Shown: positions 5,471-6,147 of the stretch, in pieces
Layout of the letters: each line of letters opens with the position of its first letter
Position numbering within the stretch: position 1 is the stretch's first letter
Assembly (NCBI RefSeq): GCF_000026545.1
Contig: NC_011602.1
From: Escherichia coli O127:H6 str. E2348/69
GTDB lineage: Bacteria; Pseudomonadota; Gammaproteobacteria; Enterobacterales; Enterobacteriaceae
Direction: 5' to 3' (one strand)
Length of the DNA: 6,147 bases
Notes under the pieces: generated by a model
Told to the model about the DNA's origin: nothing
The model's database searches: none
Seen by the model: the letters and a program-made list of their open reading frames with translations, nothing else
Made by a program: the position numbers and the translations under genes

Positions 5471-5955
5471 AATCTGACGCTCAAATCAGTGGTGGCGAAA
5501 CCCGACAGGACTATAAAGATCCCAGGCGTTTCCCCCTGGTAGCTCCCTCGTGCGCTCTCCTGTTCCTGCCTTTCGGTTTACCGGTGTCATTCCGCTGTTA
5601 TGGCCGCGGTTTCTCATTCCACGCCTGACACTCAGTTCCGTGAAGGCAGTTCGCTCCAAGCTGGACTGTATGCACGAACCCCCCGTTCAGTCCGACCGCT
5701 GCGCCTTGTCCGGTAACTATCAACTTGAGTCCAACCCGGAAAGACACGACAAAACGCCACTGGCAGCAGCCATTAGTAACAGGAGTGCACGAGAAGATAG
5801 ATTAAGAGGTCTTGAAGTAGAGGCCTGACTGCGGCTACACTGAAAGAACAGTTTTGGTAATGGCGGTCTCGTGAACCCTGTTACCGGGTTAAGCAGTTCC
5901 CCAACTGACTTAACCTTCGAACAAACCGCCTCCCCAGGCGGTTTTTTCGTTTACA
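5432..5955 (-). ncRNA. RNA II pre-primer transcript (approximate extent)
   Basis: Minus-strand promoter with -35 TTGAGA (complement of 5986-5991), 17-bp spacer, -10 TAATCT (complement of 5963-5968). The transcribed region is collinear with the p15A RNA II region as recalled, with many substitutions. Ends are approximate. Confidence 0.6.
5848..5947 (+). ncRNA. RNA I antisense copy-number control RNA (approximate extent)
   Basis: Plus-strand promoter with -35 TTGAAG (5812-5817), 18-bp spacer, -10 TACACT (5836-5841), and a start near ACAGTTTTGG as in ColE1 RNA I. It ends at an intrinsic terminator, CCGCC-TCCCCA-GGCGG plus T7 (5925-5947). It is antisense to the 5' end of RNA II. Confidence 0.6.
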
Positions 5956-6147
5956 GAGCAAGAGATTACGATTCATTGAAAAGGATCTCAAGAAGATCCT
6001 TTGTAGATTACTATCAATTAATCTTCCGAACATGACACCAGTCACTGTTGATTACGGTTAAACCGCTCCGTAACAGGTTTCCCTCGTATTGGTGACTTGC
6101 AGCACCAAAGAAGCAAAAAAGATAAATATATCTACTTATTGAGAGAT

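Noticed and set aside
5224-5828. ORFs 5224-5628 (+) and 5550-5828 (+)
   Set aside because: They lie within the RNA II/ori region of the replicon, which is known to be noncoding in ColE1-type plasmids.
1-6147. CRISPR arrays, tRNA/rRNA genes, integron attC/attI sites
   Set aside because: No regularly spaced direct repeats, cloverleaf-compatible segments or integron recombination sites were recognised on either strand.

Overview
The window looks like most or all of a small ColE1-superfamily (p15A-like) resistance plasmid, read from sequence alone with no database search. Positions 141-2656 carry the classic sul2-strA-strB sulfonamide/streptomycin resistance cluster. Convergent with strB is the 5' fragment of an IS91-family (ISCR-like) rolling-circle transposase gene (2628-3167, minus), which probably marks one edge of the acquired resistance module. 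The backbone then holds the most interesting part: a promoter with tandem overlapping LexA (SOS) boxes (3637-3666) driving a glycine-rich 129-aa ORF (3211-3600, minus) that resembles a colicin N-terminus but is far too short to be a colicin, with no immunity or lysis gene next to it. A divergent gene encodes a helix-turn-helix plus coiled-coil protein (3818-4258). Further right are a noncoding stretch with helically phased A-tracts, a cluster of related palindromes (4853-4926), a 49-aa acidic ORF missing from the ORF track (4950-5099, minus), a ColE1-type bom/oriT (about 5126-5200) and an RNA II/RNA I origin (about 5400-5991). No tRNA, rRNA or CRISPR array was seen. All family assignments rest on recalled reference sequences and motifs and need confirmation by search.
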